Below are positions 48,252 through 57,549 of a stretch of DNA of 59,598 nucleotides, piece by piece. The notes under the pieces were generated by a model. That model saw only the letters and a list, made by a program, of their open reading frames with translations, was not told where the DNA came from and made no database searches. The stretch spans positions 1-59,598 of the forward strand of contig DATGVQ010000015.1 in NCBI GenBank assembly GCA_035300145.1, read 5' to 3'. The stretch comes from Acidiferrobacterales bacterium (GTDB taxonomy: Bacteria; Pseudomonadota; Gammaproteobacteria; Acidiferrobacterales; DATGVQ01). The translations under genes and the position numbers were made by a program. Each line of letters begins with the position of its first letter. Position 1 is the first letter of the stretch.

Positions 48252-49022
48252 TCAACATTGGATCGGCTCGTTGATTACATGAGCATGACTCATGGAAACG
48301 TGTTGGTTGAATGGTGTTCGCTGATTGTAGAAGACGATTTCAATACCGGGAAAGAGATCGGCGGCAAGCCACCGATCAATCTGCGCGAAGTATTCTGCTT
48401 TATATTCTCCAAGGAAATCATCAAAGTTGACGACCATGAACGCGACGCACTTCACTTCGTCGGAGTTATCGTAAGATTTCATTTGGCTCTTAGCCTTACA
48501 TAAAGTTGGCTTCAACTTATCGTAGATGAACTTCTCATCAAGTAAGTTTGTTGTCGAGTCAACATCCCCTTCTTGCTGTCTATTCACTTCATCTTTGGAA
48601 GGTTGGATGGTTTTTACCTCGCATAGAACCTTCCGCCCATTCAGTTCTCCTTCAAGGTCGGGGGTCTCCTGTCCCATCTTCTTCGCCCTTGGAATGAAGC
48701 ACAGCCGAGAACAGCCAAGGTCAATAAGGTAGTTGTAGGCACGCGCTTGGTTCAGTATCGAGATTAGCTGTTGCTGCCCGCGCCCTTTGGTGTCGAATGC
48801 GGTCAGGTAGGGACGAGCTTCGTCCTTCAAGTTTTTCCAAGACACGGCATCAAGCCGCTGGAACTCTCGTTCATAAGCGAGCCACGCCTGTTTCATCGAA
48901 TCAAGCGAAGGGTCTTTATCAATAATATATTTGTCGAAGTTCGCAAAACACGCACGGGGATCAGATTGATCTTCGATTAGGTCTCGCAACTCATATACTC
49001 TGGGCATTTCTCTACGAAACAT
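48252..49022 (-). CDS. hypothetical protein with a PD-(D/E)xK nuclease-like motif
   Basis: The track ORF is 48252..49055 (GTG). ATG candidates are at 49022 and 49007. The motif is ...QETPDLEGELNGRKVLCEVKTI.... The gene is AT-rich. Confidence 0.55.
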   Translation of the reverse strand: MFRREMPRVYELRDLIEDQSDPRACFANFDKYIIDKDPSLDSMKQAWLAYEREFQRLDAVSWKNLKDEARPYLTAFDTKGRGQQQLISILNQARAYNYLIDLGCSRLCFIPRAKKMGQETPDLEGELNGRKVLCEVKTIQPSKDEVNRQQEGDVDSTTNLLDEKFIYDKLKPTLCKAKSQMKSYDNSDEVKCVAFMVVNFDDFLGEYKAEYFAQIDRWLAADLFPGIEIVFYNQRTPFNQHVSMSHAHVINEPIQC

Positions 49023-49076
49023 GGTGCGACACCAAGAGAGATTCGGAAATAACACACAACCATTTTACGCTCATAA

Positions 49077-49305
49077 GCGAGCGTAGCGTGCCAGACTGTA
49101 TGAAAACTCTAAAAATTTCTTTCATGACTGGAGAATTTCCCACTCTATATCAAGATACTGGGGAAATATTTCGCAATTGCGCCACGAGAGCGCCAATATT
49201 TGTATTTTCTTGCACAGGTACTCCCACCAAAAAATTTGAGTTCGGGTTTTCACACAGTCTGGTGCGCCGTGCGCACGATTAATCCTATAATACCTTAATG
49301 GCAAC
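49077..49305 (-). repeat. 54-nt repeat unit (right, inverted copy) split by a 175-nt insert
   Basis: 49077-49094 is the reverse complement of TGGCACGCTACGCTCGCT (18/18). 49270-49305 is the reverse complement of the other 36 nt (34/36). The insert at 49095-49269 is bounded by CCAGACTGT/ACAGTCTGG. Confidence 0.85.
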
Positions 49306-49315
49306 CTACGCGAGC

Positions 49316-49918
49316 TCAGTGCAACCTACCGCGCTTGGGTTTCTTCTTTTTCGGCTTGGCAAACACCTCTGCGAACGGATTTTCTACTCTCTGGGTTGTA
49401 TCGCGATAAGTGGCGCCATGAACATAGTTATCTTCCAAATATTTTTTTAGGTCTTCGGAAATATATATCCCGTGATAGTTAGGAAGCATAAAAATATGAT
49501 GCCCATTGACAATCTCATCGTGATATTGAGCTTGAATGACATACATTATCTTCCCACTATCGAATCTTTTTAATTCTGTTTTTTTCAGGTCAAGCGCATC
49601 AAGTATGCACAATACATTCATGTAGCTGTATCCCGGCTGGCCATCTATATCAACCGGCAGAAATTCGAGCTCATCATCGGTAAATGCCTGGATCAATCCT
49701 TTTAGCTTTTCACTTACTATCAGTATCACTGCCGCAAAATATGGACAATCCCCTAACGGTACACTTTTCTTGACCACTCCCTTCATAGAATTCAGCGAGA
49801 CCTTACCCCATAGCTCCCCCATTCTTTTCCCGCGTTCGTGTTTTACTAATTCGGTTAGTTCCTTATCATAGGTTATGCGCAAAAAATGGACATCGCCCTC
49901 CAACTCATAAATCTTCAT
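49316..49918 (-). CDS. hypothetical protein, tentatively DUF1629/Imm11-like (polymorphic-toxin immunity type)
   Basis: 200 aa with ...LGDCPYFAAVILIVSEKLKGLIQAF...LEFLPVDI...HIFMLPNYHGIYISEDLKKYLEDN. The resemblance is from memory only. Confidence 0.5.
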   Translation of the reverse strand: MKIYELEGDVHFLRITYDKELTELVKHERGKRMGELWGKVSLNSMKGVVKKSVPLGDCPYFAAVILIVSEKLKGLIQAFTDDELEFLPVDIDGQPGYSYMNVLCILDALDLKKTELKRFDSGKIMYVIQAQYHDEIVNGHHIFMLPNYHGIYISEDLKKYLEDNYVHGATYRDTTQRVENPFAEVFAKPKKKKPKRGRLH

Positions 49919-49995
49919 TGTTCGCCTTTATTCAATTAGCCCGGTAAGTTGGGGTGAGTGAAACGAACCCCAACCTACGCGAGCTTTCTCGTTGT

Positions 49996-50601
49996 TCAAT
50001 GTTTAGCCTTCATTCTCAACGTTCGTGCGTTTTCAAATTCTTTTGCGATTTCGTTTTCGTTAAGTTCTTTTAATTTATTGATTATGATTTGGTATTCTTC
50101 GAACGCTCTGTGATTTTCCTGGTCGGCAATGAATTTGATGACATTTTGCCTTTCTGGCAACTTGAGCTTTTTTAATAGAGACACAAAACTCGACGTATCT
50201 TGAATGGCGTAGGTGGCCGCGACACTGTGTAAGGCCGACCAAGCATCACAACATCCCGGCGCTCCCCCTTTGGTTATGGAAACAACTTTTTCAGAAACGA
50301 GTTTTCTCTTCATTTCCGGAGCACTATTCAAAATAAAAATATACTCGTGGCTGTTGTTATATAGTTCTGAGAAATCGTCGGGATCGAAAATTTGTTTGAA
50401 TTCTGATTTAGTTTTGGGAAATAGATCGAGATATTCCTCCCAAGACTTGACGTTGTTTGGATTGCTTTGGAGCGAGAGAAACGCGGCTCTCACCTTATGC
50501 GCTGTATCAGACAGAGCCGTATCTTTTGCCGCCGCAAAAAAGGCGAGAAAACCGAGACCGAAAGCAAAAAGAAAACGGGACGCCTTCTTCGCTACGTGCA
50601 T
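49996..50601 (-). CDS. secreted hypothetical protein
   Basis: 201 aa with the signal peptide MHVAKKASRFLFAFGLGFLAFFAAA. AT-rich. Confidence 0.55.
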   Translation of the reverse strand: MHVAKKASRFLFAFGLGFLAFFAAAKDTALSDTAHKVRAAFLSLQSNPNNVKSWEEYLDLFPKTKSEFKQIFDPDDFSELYNNSHEYIFILNSAPEMKRKLVSEKVVSITKGGAPGCCDAWSALHSVAATYAIQDTSSFVSLLKKLKLPERQNVIKFIADQENHRAFEEYQIIINKLKELNENEIAKEFENARTLRMKAKH

Positions 50602-50741
50602 ACTATTTCCTCGTTTGACGCATAACTAAAAGTCGACACCAAATAAATACCTAAAATTTTAGCGGTATGGGTATAAAATTGAAAATGCACTATAAACTAT
50701 GGGTTAAAATCAATACAAGACGATTTTTAGCACGCCTTAAA

Positions 50742-51605
50742 TTAACTGCCGGTTGCAACAGGATGTCTGGGATCGCGTATCCACTCGCTCCAAGAGCCGG
50801 GATATAAACGCGAGCCGGACAGACCGGCGATTTCCATCGCCAGCAGATTGTGACAAGCGCTGACGCCGGAGCCGCAGCTATGAATCACTTTGTCCGGCGG
50901 TTTAGTGTTAGATAAATCGACAAACGCGGCGCGCAGCGTGCTGGCCGGAAGAAATTTTCCATTGGCATCGAGATTGCGTTCGAGCGGCCGGTTCACCGCG
51001 CCGGGAATATGGCCGGCGACCGGATCCAGCGGTTCTTGCTCGCCGCGAAAGCGTTCCGGCGCGCGTGCATCCACCAGCAGGTCTTCGGGCTGTTGCAGTT
51101 GCTCTTCGATATAACGGGTCCTTACCCACATGCGGTCGTTCGGCTTCGCCACGAAGCGTGTGGCGGTTGGACGCGGCAGAGTCGTCTCGAGTGGCCCGCC
51201 TTGCTGCTGCCACGCGGCGAAGCCGCCATCAAGCACCGCGACCGCGTAGTGCCCCAGCCAGCGCAGCAACCACCACAGGCGCGCGGCGATGGCATTGGTG
51301 TTGTCATCATAAGCCACCACTTGCTTGCCGGCATCGACGCCCCACTGCCCGAGTTTATCCGCAAACACAGGCGGCTTTGGCAGCGGATGGCGCCCGGTCG
51401 TCACGGTTTTCCCGCGGCTAAGATCGCGATCCAGATCAGCGTAGCGCGCGCCCGGTATGTGGCTGGCCTGGTACGCGCGCAGGCCCGCTTGCGGATCGGC
51501 TAAACGAAAACGGCAATCAAAGATGATCCACTGGGGATCAGATAAATGCGTCTTTAGTGCATCGACGGTGACTAACGTAGTAAAAGCCATGTGATATTGT
51601 GCCAT
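50742..51605 (-). CDS. sseA: 3-mercaptopyruvate/thiosulfate sulfurtransferase (tandem rhodanese)
   Basis: The start is at MAQYHMAFTT (51605) or MAFTT (51590). The active-site loop is HSCGSGVSA. The track ORF extends spuriously to 51728. Confidence 0.85.
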   Translation of the reverse strand: MAQYHMAFTTLVTVDALKTHLSDPQWIIFDCRFRLADPQAGLRAYQASHIPGARYADLDRDLSRGKTVTTGRHPLPKPPVFADKLGQWGVDAGKQVVAYDDNTNAIAARLWWLLRWLGHYAVAVLDGGFAAWQQQGGPLETTLPRPTATRFVAKPNDRMWVRTRYIEEQLQQPEDLLVDARAPERFRGEQEPLDPVAGHIPGAVNRPLERNLDANGKFLPASTLRAAFVDLSNTKPPDKVIHSCGSGVSACHNLLAMEIAGLSGSRLYPGSWSEWIRDPRHPVATGS

Positions 51606-51679
51606 ATTTACCAGCCGTGGTTTAATCTGCACGAGTTTAAGCCCAAAATAACGGAATAATAAGCAACCACTATGTCCGA
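51596..51679 (+). repeat. left copy of the 84-nt direct repeat flanking the GC-rich island
   Basis: Gapless alignment with 58039-58122 at a constant offset of 6443 nt gives 71/84 identical, and 43 of the first 45. It includes ATGTCCGA, the start of the enoyl-CoA hydratase gene. Here that start leads only to a 10-codon dead-end ORF. Confidence 0.85.
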
Positions 51680-51700
51680 CACGCGGAAAAACTCGCGGAT

Positions 51701-52702
51701 ATGAAACGCGAGGCGTTGAAGCGCGCACTTGCCGCGGCCATCGTCGCCTGCGCGGTGAGCGTCGCCGCGCCGGCGCTTGCGGAGGCCAGGACGGTGCTGC
51801 GCATTTCCACTTCCGCGGTTCCGGACGACTGGCACGTGAAGATGCTCTACGTATTCAAGGAAGAGCTCGGGAAGGTCCTGCCTGGCCGTTTCGACGTGCA
51901 GGTACACCACTCCGGCACCCTGTTCAGGCAGGGCACCGAGCCGGTGGCCATGCAGCGCGGAAATCTGGAGATGGCGCTGCTGTCCATGCAGGACATCGCG
52001 CGGCAGATTCCCGAGTACTCGATATTCACGGCCGGCTATCTGATCCGCGACCCCGATCATCTGAGCAAAGTCTATGGCGGGCCGATCGGCGAAGAGGTCA
52101 GGCGCAGGACCGCCGAAGTAATGGGAATCCAGTTGCTGCAGGCAGTCTATCTTGGGACCCGGCAGGTGCAGCTGAGGGAGCGAAGGCGCGTGCGCATCCC
52201 GGCCGACCTGGCCGGGGTCAAGCTGCGCATGCCCGGCTCGAAGGAGTGGCTCTTTCTCGGCCAGGCGCTTGGCGCGAATGCTACGCCGATGCCGTTTACC
52301 GAGGTGTACCTGGGCCTCCAGACCGGCACCATCGACGGCCAAGACAACCCATTGCCGACGTCGAAGTCAGCCAAGTTCTACGAAGTCACCCGGCAGGTGG
52401 TGCTGACCGGCCATCTGGTGGACGTGCTGCAGCTGGCCATTTCCGCCAAGGCGTGGAACGCCCTGTCGGAGAAGGACAAGGCCGCGGTCAAGAAAGCCGC
52501 GGCCAAGGCGGCGAAGTTCAACGACGAAAACCGCGTGCGCGAGGAAAAGGAACTCATCGCGTTTTTCCGGACGCAGGGTATCGAGGTCACGACGCCGGAC
52601 GTCGAGGCATTCCGCAAGACGGTGCAGGCGGCGTACCTGAAGTCGGAGTTCGCGCAGAAGTGGCCGCGGGGACTGCTCGAGCGCATCAATGCGGTCAAGT
52701 GA
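51701..52702 (+). CDS. TRAP transporter substrate-binding subunit (DctP family)
   Basis: 333 aa with a signal peptide, ...LRISTS...FKEELGK.... Confidence 0.85.
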   Translation: MKREALKRALAAAIVACAVSVAAPALAEARTVLRISTSAVPDDWHVKMLYVFKEELGKVLPGRFDVQVHHSGTLFRQGTEPVAMQRGNLEMALLSMQDIARQIPEYSIFTAGYLIRDPDHLSKVYGGPIGEEVRRRTAEVMGIQLLQAVYLGTRQVQLRERRRVRIPADLAGVKLRMPGSKEWLFLGQALGANATPMPFTEVYLGLQTGTIDGQDNPLPTSKSAKFYEVTRQVVLTGHLVDVLQLAISAKAWNALSEKDKAAVKKAAAKAAKFNDENRVREEKELIAFFRTQGIEVTTPDVEAFRKTVQAAYLKSEFAQKWPRGLLERINAVK

Positions 52703-53213
52703 CGGTGTGCGTCTCTTAAGGGACGGCATGCACCTTGGCGAGCGGCTCTCGCGATGGGCCGACCTGGTCGGCGCAGGCTTGTTCGCCGTCCTGTTTCTGA
52801 GCCTGATCCTGCAGGTCGTGCGCCGCTTCGTTTTCGGCGCGCCCGCCGCGTGGACCGAGGAACTCGCGGCGATCGCCTTCGTATGGGTGATTTTCTGGGG
52901 GGCGGCGTTTACCACGGAGCTCGCGGCGCACCCATCGGTGGACCTGGTCGTGTCGCGCTTCGGGCCAATTTCCAGTCGTGTGCTGTACGCGCTCGGCCTG
53001 CTCCTGCTTGCGGGCTGCTTTCTCTGGGCGCTGCCCGGCATGGCCGATTACATTTTTTTCATGGCCCGCGAGCGAACGCCGGTGCTCGACTTGCCCGTAA
53101 GCTGCGTGTACGGCGTGTTCCTCGCGTTTGCACTGATGGTGGTCCTGCGCTGCCTGGCGGGGATCGTGCGTCCGCCGCCGCCCACGCGTCCCGATGTGTC
53201 CCGCGAAGCATGA
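52689..53213 (+). CDS. TRAP transporter small permease (DctQ family)
   Basis: 174 aa, 4 TM. An alternative start is at 52728. Confidence 0.8.
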   Translation: MRSSDGVRLLRDGMHLGERLSRWADLVGAGLFAVLFLSLILQVVRRFVFGAPAAWTEELAAIAFVWVIFWGAAFTTELAAHPSVDLVVSRFGPISSRVLYALGLLLLAGCFLWALPGMADYIFFMARERTPVLDLPVSCVYGVFLAFALMVVLRCLAGIVRPPPPTRPDVSREA

Positions 53214-54505
53214 GCGCCGCGTTCTGGCTGATGCTCGCGGTGTTCATCGGCATCGCGCTGTTGCGCGGCCCCATCGGCTTGGCGATGATCGCCGGCGGCA
53301 TCGCCTATCTCGGCGCTTCCGGACAGGACATGGGACTCGCGGCGGAGCAGATCCTGAACGGCCTGTTCGGCAGCTTCGTGCTCATCGCCGTGCCGATGTT
53401 CATCTTTGCCGCGAACGTGATGAACGCCGGCACCATCACCGAGCGCATCTTCGCCCTCGCCCACGCCCTCATGGGACGCTTCCGCGGCGGGCTGGCGCAT
53501 GTAAACGTGTTGGTGAGCGTCATCTTCTCCGGCATGAGCGGCAGCGCGATCGCGGACGCGGTGGGGCCGGGGATGGTCGGGGTCGAGATGATGGGCAAGG
53601 GCGGCCGCTATCCCAAGGCTTTCGCGGTCGCGGTGAGCGCGGCCGCGGCCACCATCGGACCGATCATTCCGCCGTCGATTCCCATGGTGCTGTACGCGCT
53701 GGTCTCGGGCACGTCGGTGGGTGCGCTGTTCCTCGGGGGCGTCGTTCCCGGCCTGCTGATGGCGGCCGCCATGTCGCTAGTGATCGTCTGGGTCGCCCGG
53801 CGCCGGAAGTTCCCGACCGAGGCGAGCGTACCGTGGTCGGCATTTCCGCGCATCCTGGCGCGTTCGCTGCTGCCGGTGCTGATGCCGGTCGTGCTCCTCG
53901 GAGGAATCTACTCGGGAGTATTCACTCCGACCGAGGCGGCGGCGGTGGCCGCGCTCTACGCCCTTCTGCTTTCGCTGTTCGTCTACCGCGCCCTGGACTT
54001 CAAAGGGCTGTTGTCCATTCTTGCGGAGAGCACGCGCGCAACGGCGGTGGTCGAGATCATCATCTGCGGCGCGTTTCTGTTCAATTACGCGCTGGCGGCC
54101 GAGCAGATTCCGTCGCACGTGGCCGACTGGTTTTCGTCGCTGGACTTAAGCCCGTTCGGATTCCTCATGGTCGTAAACATCGTCTTCCTGGTACTCGGTT
54201 GCCTGCTGGATACCACCTGCCTGCTGCTCGTGCTGGTGCCGCTGCTTGTGCCGGTGGCCAAGGCCTTGGGCATAGACCTGGTGCACTTCGGCGTGGTCAT
54301 CGTGGTGAACATGATGATCGGCCTGCTCACGCCGCCCTACGGCGTGCTGCTGTTTATCTTCAGCGGGTTGACCGGAACTCCGGTGAAGGCGATCGTCCGC
54401 GACCTCGTACCGTTCATTCTGGCGCTGGTGGCGGTGCTCTTGCTCATCGCGCTGGTGCCTTCGCTCGTTCTCGGACTCCCCAGGCTGGCCGGCTACTTCG
54501 GCTGA
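53210..54505 (+). CDS. TRAP transporter large permease (DctM family)
   Basis: The start is MSAAFWLMLAVFIGIALL at 53210, in an ATGA overlap with dctQ. The 583-aa track ORF (52754..) is a GC-driven upstream extension. Confidence 0.85.
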   Translation: MSAAFWLMLAVFIGIALLRGPIGLAMIAGGIAYLGASGQDMGLAAEQILNGLFGSFVLIAVPMFIFAANVMNAGTITERIFALAHALMGRFRGGLAHVNVLVSVIFSGMSGSAIADAVGPGMVGVEMMGKGGRYPKAFAVAVSAAAATIGPIIPPSIPMVLYALVSGTSVGALFLGGVVPGLLMAAAMSLVIVWVARRRKFPTEASVPWSAFPRILARSLLPVLMPVVLLGGIYSGVFTPTEAAAVAALYALLLSLFVYRALDFKGLLSILAESTRATAVVEIIICGAFLFNYALAAEQIPSHVADWFSSLDLSPFGFLMVVNIVFLVLGCLLDTTCLLLVLVPLLVPVAKALGIDLVHFGVVIVVNMMIGLLTPPYGVLLFIFSGLTGTPVKAIVRDLVPFILALVAVLLLIALVPSLVLGLPRLAGYFG

Positions 54506-54676
54506 ATCGGGTCGTGCGTTGCGGACTCATCGCCGATCTTAGATATTTTTCAGGTCTTCGATAATTTTCAGGAAATCGGGATTTGCCGGTGCCGCCTTTG
54601 CGTTTGGCGCATGTTCGCGCTAAATTGTCGGGCGGCGTTCCGCGGAAAACCGCACCACCCGATCCGGAGCCCAGCG

Positions 54677-55354
54677 ATGCCGAAAATAATAAGGACATAC
54701 ATCGTTGCCGCAGCAGCCGCACTCGTGATGCTGCCCGGCCTAGCCTGGGCCCATCACTTCATGGGCGGGAGGCTGCCCGAGACGTTCGCGCAAGGCTTGC
54801 TGTCGGGCTTGGGCCACCCGGTGATCGGCCTGGATCACGCGGCGTTCATCGTTGCCGCGGGGTTCTTCCTCGCGTTGATTAACGGCGGGATGTGGGGCGT
54901 CCTGGCTTTGATCGGCGGAAGCCTCCTCGGCGCCACGCTGCACCTGACGGGGTCCGTCCTGCCCGCGGACAAAGTGGGCGTGGCGTTGTCCGTGATCCTG
55001 ATCGGCGGCCTGGTGATGGCCCGGCGCCGGATCAAGCTATCCTGGCTGGCCGGCGGCCTGGCGCTCGCGGGCATGCTGCACGGATATGCCTATGCGGAAT
55101 CCATATTCGGCGCAGAAGCGGCGAAGCTCCGCGCGTACCTGATCGGTTTTTCTCTCGTCCAGCTGGGCGTCGCGGCGGTGGCCTTCGTGATACATCGGCG
55201 CCTGATCGCCACCCGCGAGGCTTGGGCGAGGCCGGTCTGCTCCGGGCTCGGAGCCGCGGTGGGAGCGATCGGCACGGTGTTCCTGGTAATCAACGAGCTG
55301 AGTTGTGCTGCGCATACACAGCGGGTGAACCCGCTACGGAGAAGTCATGAGTGA
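54677..55354 (+). CDS. HupE/UreJ-family metal (probably cobalt) permease
   Basis: The start is [27 protein letters not shown]. The signature [14 protein letters not shown] is present. Confidence 0.75.
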   Translation: MPKIIRTYIVAAAAALVMLPGLAWAHHFMGGRLPETFAQGLLSGLGHPVIGLDHAAFIVAAGFFLALINGGMWGVLALIGGSLLGATLHLTGSVLPADKVGVALSVILIGGLVMARRRIKLSWLAGGLALAGMLHGYAYAESIFGAEAAKLRAYLIGFSLVQLGVAAVAFVIHRRLIATREAWARPVCSGLGAAVGAIGTVFLVINELSCAAHTQRVNPLRRSHE

Positions 55355-55991
55355 CCACGATCATCATCACGGCGACGACCACGTCCACGAGCACAACCGC
55401 CCGCTCTCCGGCCCCGCGCTGCGCGTGAAGGCGCTGGAGTCGCTGCTCACCGAGAAGGGTCTCGTCGATCCGAAGGCGCTCGACGAGGTGATCGAAACCT
55501 ACGAGACGAAGGTCGGGCCGCGCAACGGCGCGCGGATCGTCGCGCGCGCGTGGGTCGATCCCGCCTACAAACGGCGCCTGCTCGCGGACGCCACCGCCGC
55601 CATCGCGGAGTTCGGCTTCATCGAGCGCCAGGGCGAGGACATGGTGGCGCTCGAGAACACGCCGAAAGTCCGCAACATCGTCGTGTGCACGCTCTGCTCC
55701 TGCTACCCGTGGCCCGTGCTCGGGCTGCCGCCCGTCTGGTACAAGTCGGCGCCGTACCGCGCGCGCGCCGTCATCGACCCGCGTGGCGTGCTGAAAGAGC
55801 TGGGCGGCGAGATTCCGGACGACGTCGAGGTGCGCGTGTGGGACTCGACGGCCGAGCTGCGCTACCTGGTGCTGCCCGAGCGTCCGGCGGGGACGGAGGG
55901 CTGGAGCGAGGAGCAGCTGGCGGAGATCGTCACGCGCGATGCGATGATCGGCGTTGCGCAGGTGAGCGTGCCGGCGCGGAGCAAGCGATGA
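55347..55991 (+). CDS. nthA: nitrile hydratase alpha subunit, cobalt type
   Basis: 214 aa. The metal site [10 protein letters not shown] is Co-type (T and Y), unlike the Fe-type VCSLCSCT. Confidence 0.9.
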   Translation: MSDHDHHHGDDHVHEHNRPLSGPALRVKALESLLTEKGLVDPKALDEVIETYETKVGPRNGARIVARAWVDPAYKRRLLADATAAIAEFGFIERQGEDMVALENTPKVRNIVVCTLCSCYPWPVLGLPPVWYKSAPYRARAVIDPRGVLKELGGEIPDDVEVRVWDSTAELRYLVLPERPAGTEGWSEEQLAEIVTRDAMIGVAQVSVPARSKR

Positions 55992-56644
55992 ACGGCGCAC
56001 ACGACCTGGGCGGCATGCACGGCCTGGGGCCGGTCGAGATCGAGCAGGACGAGCCCGTCTTCCACTCGCAGTGGGAAGCGCGCATGTGCGCGCTCAATCT
56101 CGCTTGCGTTTTCCACCGCAAGTGGAACATCGACATGTGGCGCTACGCGCGCGAGCAGATGTCGCCCGCCGAGTACCTCGCCACGACGTACTACGAGCAC
56201 TGGCTGTTCGGTCTGGAGAAACTGCTCGTCGAGCATGGGCTGGTGACGGCGAAAGAGCTCCAGACGGGACGCGCCGAGGCGAAAACGAGCGAGGCGCGCG
56301 TCCTCAGGGTCCCCGACGTGGCGCACTTTCTGCGCAACCGCCGCCACGCGCGGCTCGACGCCGACGTGCCGCCGAAATTCAAGCCTGGCGACCGCGTGCT
56401 CACTCGCAACATCAATCCGACCGGCCACACGCGGCTTCCGCGCTATGCGCGCGGGCGGCGCGGCGCGATCGACCGCGATCACGGAGTGTTCATCTTCGCC
56501 GACACGAACGCGATGAGCCGCGACCAGAAGCCGCAGCATTGCTATAGCGTGCGCTTCACCGCGCGCGAGCTGTGGGGGCCCGACGCCCCCGCGCGCGACA
56601 GCGTATACCTGGACCTCTGGGATGACCACCTCGATCCCGCGTAA
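55988..56644 (+). CDS. nthB: nitrile hydratase beta subunit
   Basis: The start is [16 protein letters not shown], in an ATGA overlap with the alpha subunit. The 364-aa track ORF is an upstream extension. Confidence 0.9.
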   Translation: MNGAHDLGGMHGLGPVEIEQDEPVFHSQWEARMCALNLACVFHRKWNIDMWRYAREQMSPAEYLATTYYEHWLFGLEKLLVEHGLVTAKELQTGRAEAKTSEARVLRVPDVAHFLRNRRHARLDADVPPKFKPGDRVLTRNINPTGHTRLPRYARGRRGAIDRDHGVFIFADTNAMSRDQKPQHCYSVRFTARELWGPDAPARDSVYLDLWDDHLDPA

Positions 56645-56993
56645 CGTCGACATCCAAGTCCTCCCCGCGCTGCCGCGCGACGCGGACGGGCCCGTGTTCA
56701 AGGCGCCGTGGGAGGCGCAGGCCTTCGCGATGACGCTCTCCCTGCACGCGCGCGGCGTCTTCACGTGGCGCGAGTGGGCCGATGCCCTTGCCGCCGAGCT
56801 CGCCGCCGTAGCCGCGCGCGGCGAGCCGGACGACGGCACCCATTACTACGAGCACTGGCTCGCCGCCCTCGAGAAGCTCGTCGCCGCAAAAAAGATCATC
56901 CTGGGGCACGAGCTGGAGCGGCGCGTGGACGAATGGGACGCTGCCGCGCGCGCGAAGCCGCATGGCAAGCCCATCGAGCTGCCGCGCCGCTGA
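56622..56993 (+). CDS. nitrile hydratase accessory (activator) protein
   Basis: 123 aa with ...GPVFKAPWEAQAFAM...HYYEHWLAALEKL (beta-subunit-like). Confidence 0.8.
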   Translation: MTTSIPRNVDIQVLPALPRDADGPVFKAPWEAQAFAMTLSLHARGVFTWREWADALAAELAAVAARGEPDDGTHYYEHWLAALEKLVAAKKIILGHELERRVDEWDAAARAKPHGKPIELPRR

Positions 56994-57027
56994 TCGCCCG
57001 ACATGGATATCGAAACGAGGCAGAACG

Positions 57028-57429
57028 ATGGCGCCGAATAAACCGTCGGATGGCGAGATCAATCATGGCAAACTTGATAAGATCGTCGCCAAGGCGAGAA
57101 AAGACGCCGACGAGCGCATGCGCGGCTATCGCGACCAGTCGCTGCGCCTGCATCCGTGGGTATGCGCGCGCTGCGGGCGCGAGTTTACGCGCGAGAACCT
57201 GCACGAGTTGACGGTGCACCACAAGGACCATAACCACGACAACAATCCACCCGACGGCAGCAACTGGGAAAATCTCTGTCTCTACTGCCATGACTGGGAG
57301 CACCAGAAGTATTCTCAGCTCGTGAAAGGCGAGGGTGCCGGTTTCGGTGTGACCGTGAAAGCGGCCAAGGCCGCGGTGCACAATCCGTTCGCCAACCTCA
57401 AGGAGCTGTTGGCGGACAAAAAGAAATAG
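57028..57429 (+). CDS. YajD-like HNH endonuclease-family protein
   Basis: The start is MAPNKPSDGEINHGKLDKI. It contains ...HHKDHNHDNNPPDGSNWENLCLYCHDWEH. Confidence 0.75.
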   Translation: MAPNKPSDGEINHGKLDKIVAKARKDADERMRGYRDQSLRLHPWVCARCGREFTRENLHELTVHHKDHNHDNNPPDGSNWENLCLYCHDWEHQKYSQLVKGEGAGFGVTVKAAKAAVHNPFANLKELLADKKK

Positions 57430-57549
57430 AGGAGGCACCCCCATGGCACTACCTTAAGCACCTTTGATCGAGGATACGGCGCCGGGGGGCTAAGAGCAAC
57501 GAGTAGCCCGCATGAAGCGACAGCGAAATGCGGGGGAGCCCGCCGACGG

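Noticed and set aside
48043-48258. 71-aa ORF 48043..48258(-), and ORFs 49088..49282(+) and 49122..49304(-)
   Set aside because: They span the 54-nt repeat units and the 175-nt insert. They have no RBS or motif support. They are probably non-coding repeat or promoter DNA.
49948-49974. Hairpin GTTGGGGT-11 nt-ACCCCAAC, considered as an attC site
   Set aside because: The arm order is GTT...AAC, with GTT on the outside. This is the opposite of attC (RYYYAAC...GTTRRRY). The element is only 27 nt and has no L boxes or extrahelical bases.
52754-53209. N-terminal 152-aa extension of the dctM ORF (583-aa track ORF). The 55550 start of the nthB ORF is a similar case.
   Set aside because: The extensions overlap the upstream genes in another frame and are Arg/Pro-rich. 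Canonical ATGA-coupled starts exist at 53210 and 55988.
54506-54676. Possible cobalamin or metal riboswitch upstream of hupE
   Set aside because: I could find no B12-box-like (GCCACTG) or other recognisable riboswitch core. There is only a TTTTCAGG direct repeat in an AT-rich patch.
51608-56839. Large shadow ORFs in the island (51608..52342(-), 52367..53041(-), 53194..54564(+), 55290..56000(-), 55862..56839(-), 56071..57211(+))
   Set aside because: They are overlapped by genes with unmistakable family signatures (DctPQM, HupE, NHase alpha, beta and accessory). Their composition is that of GC-rich off-frames.
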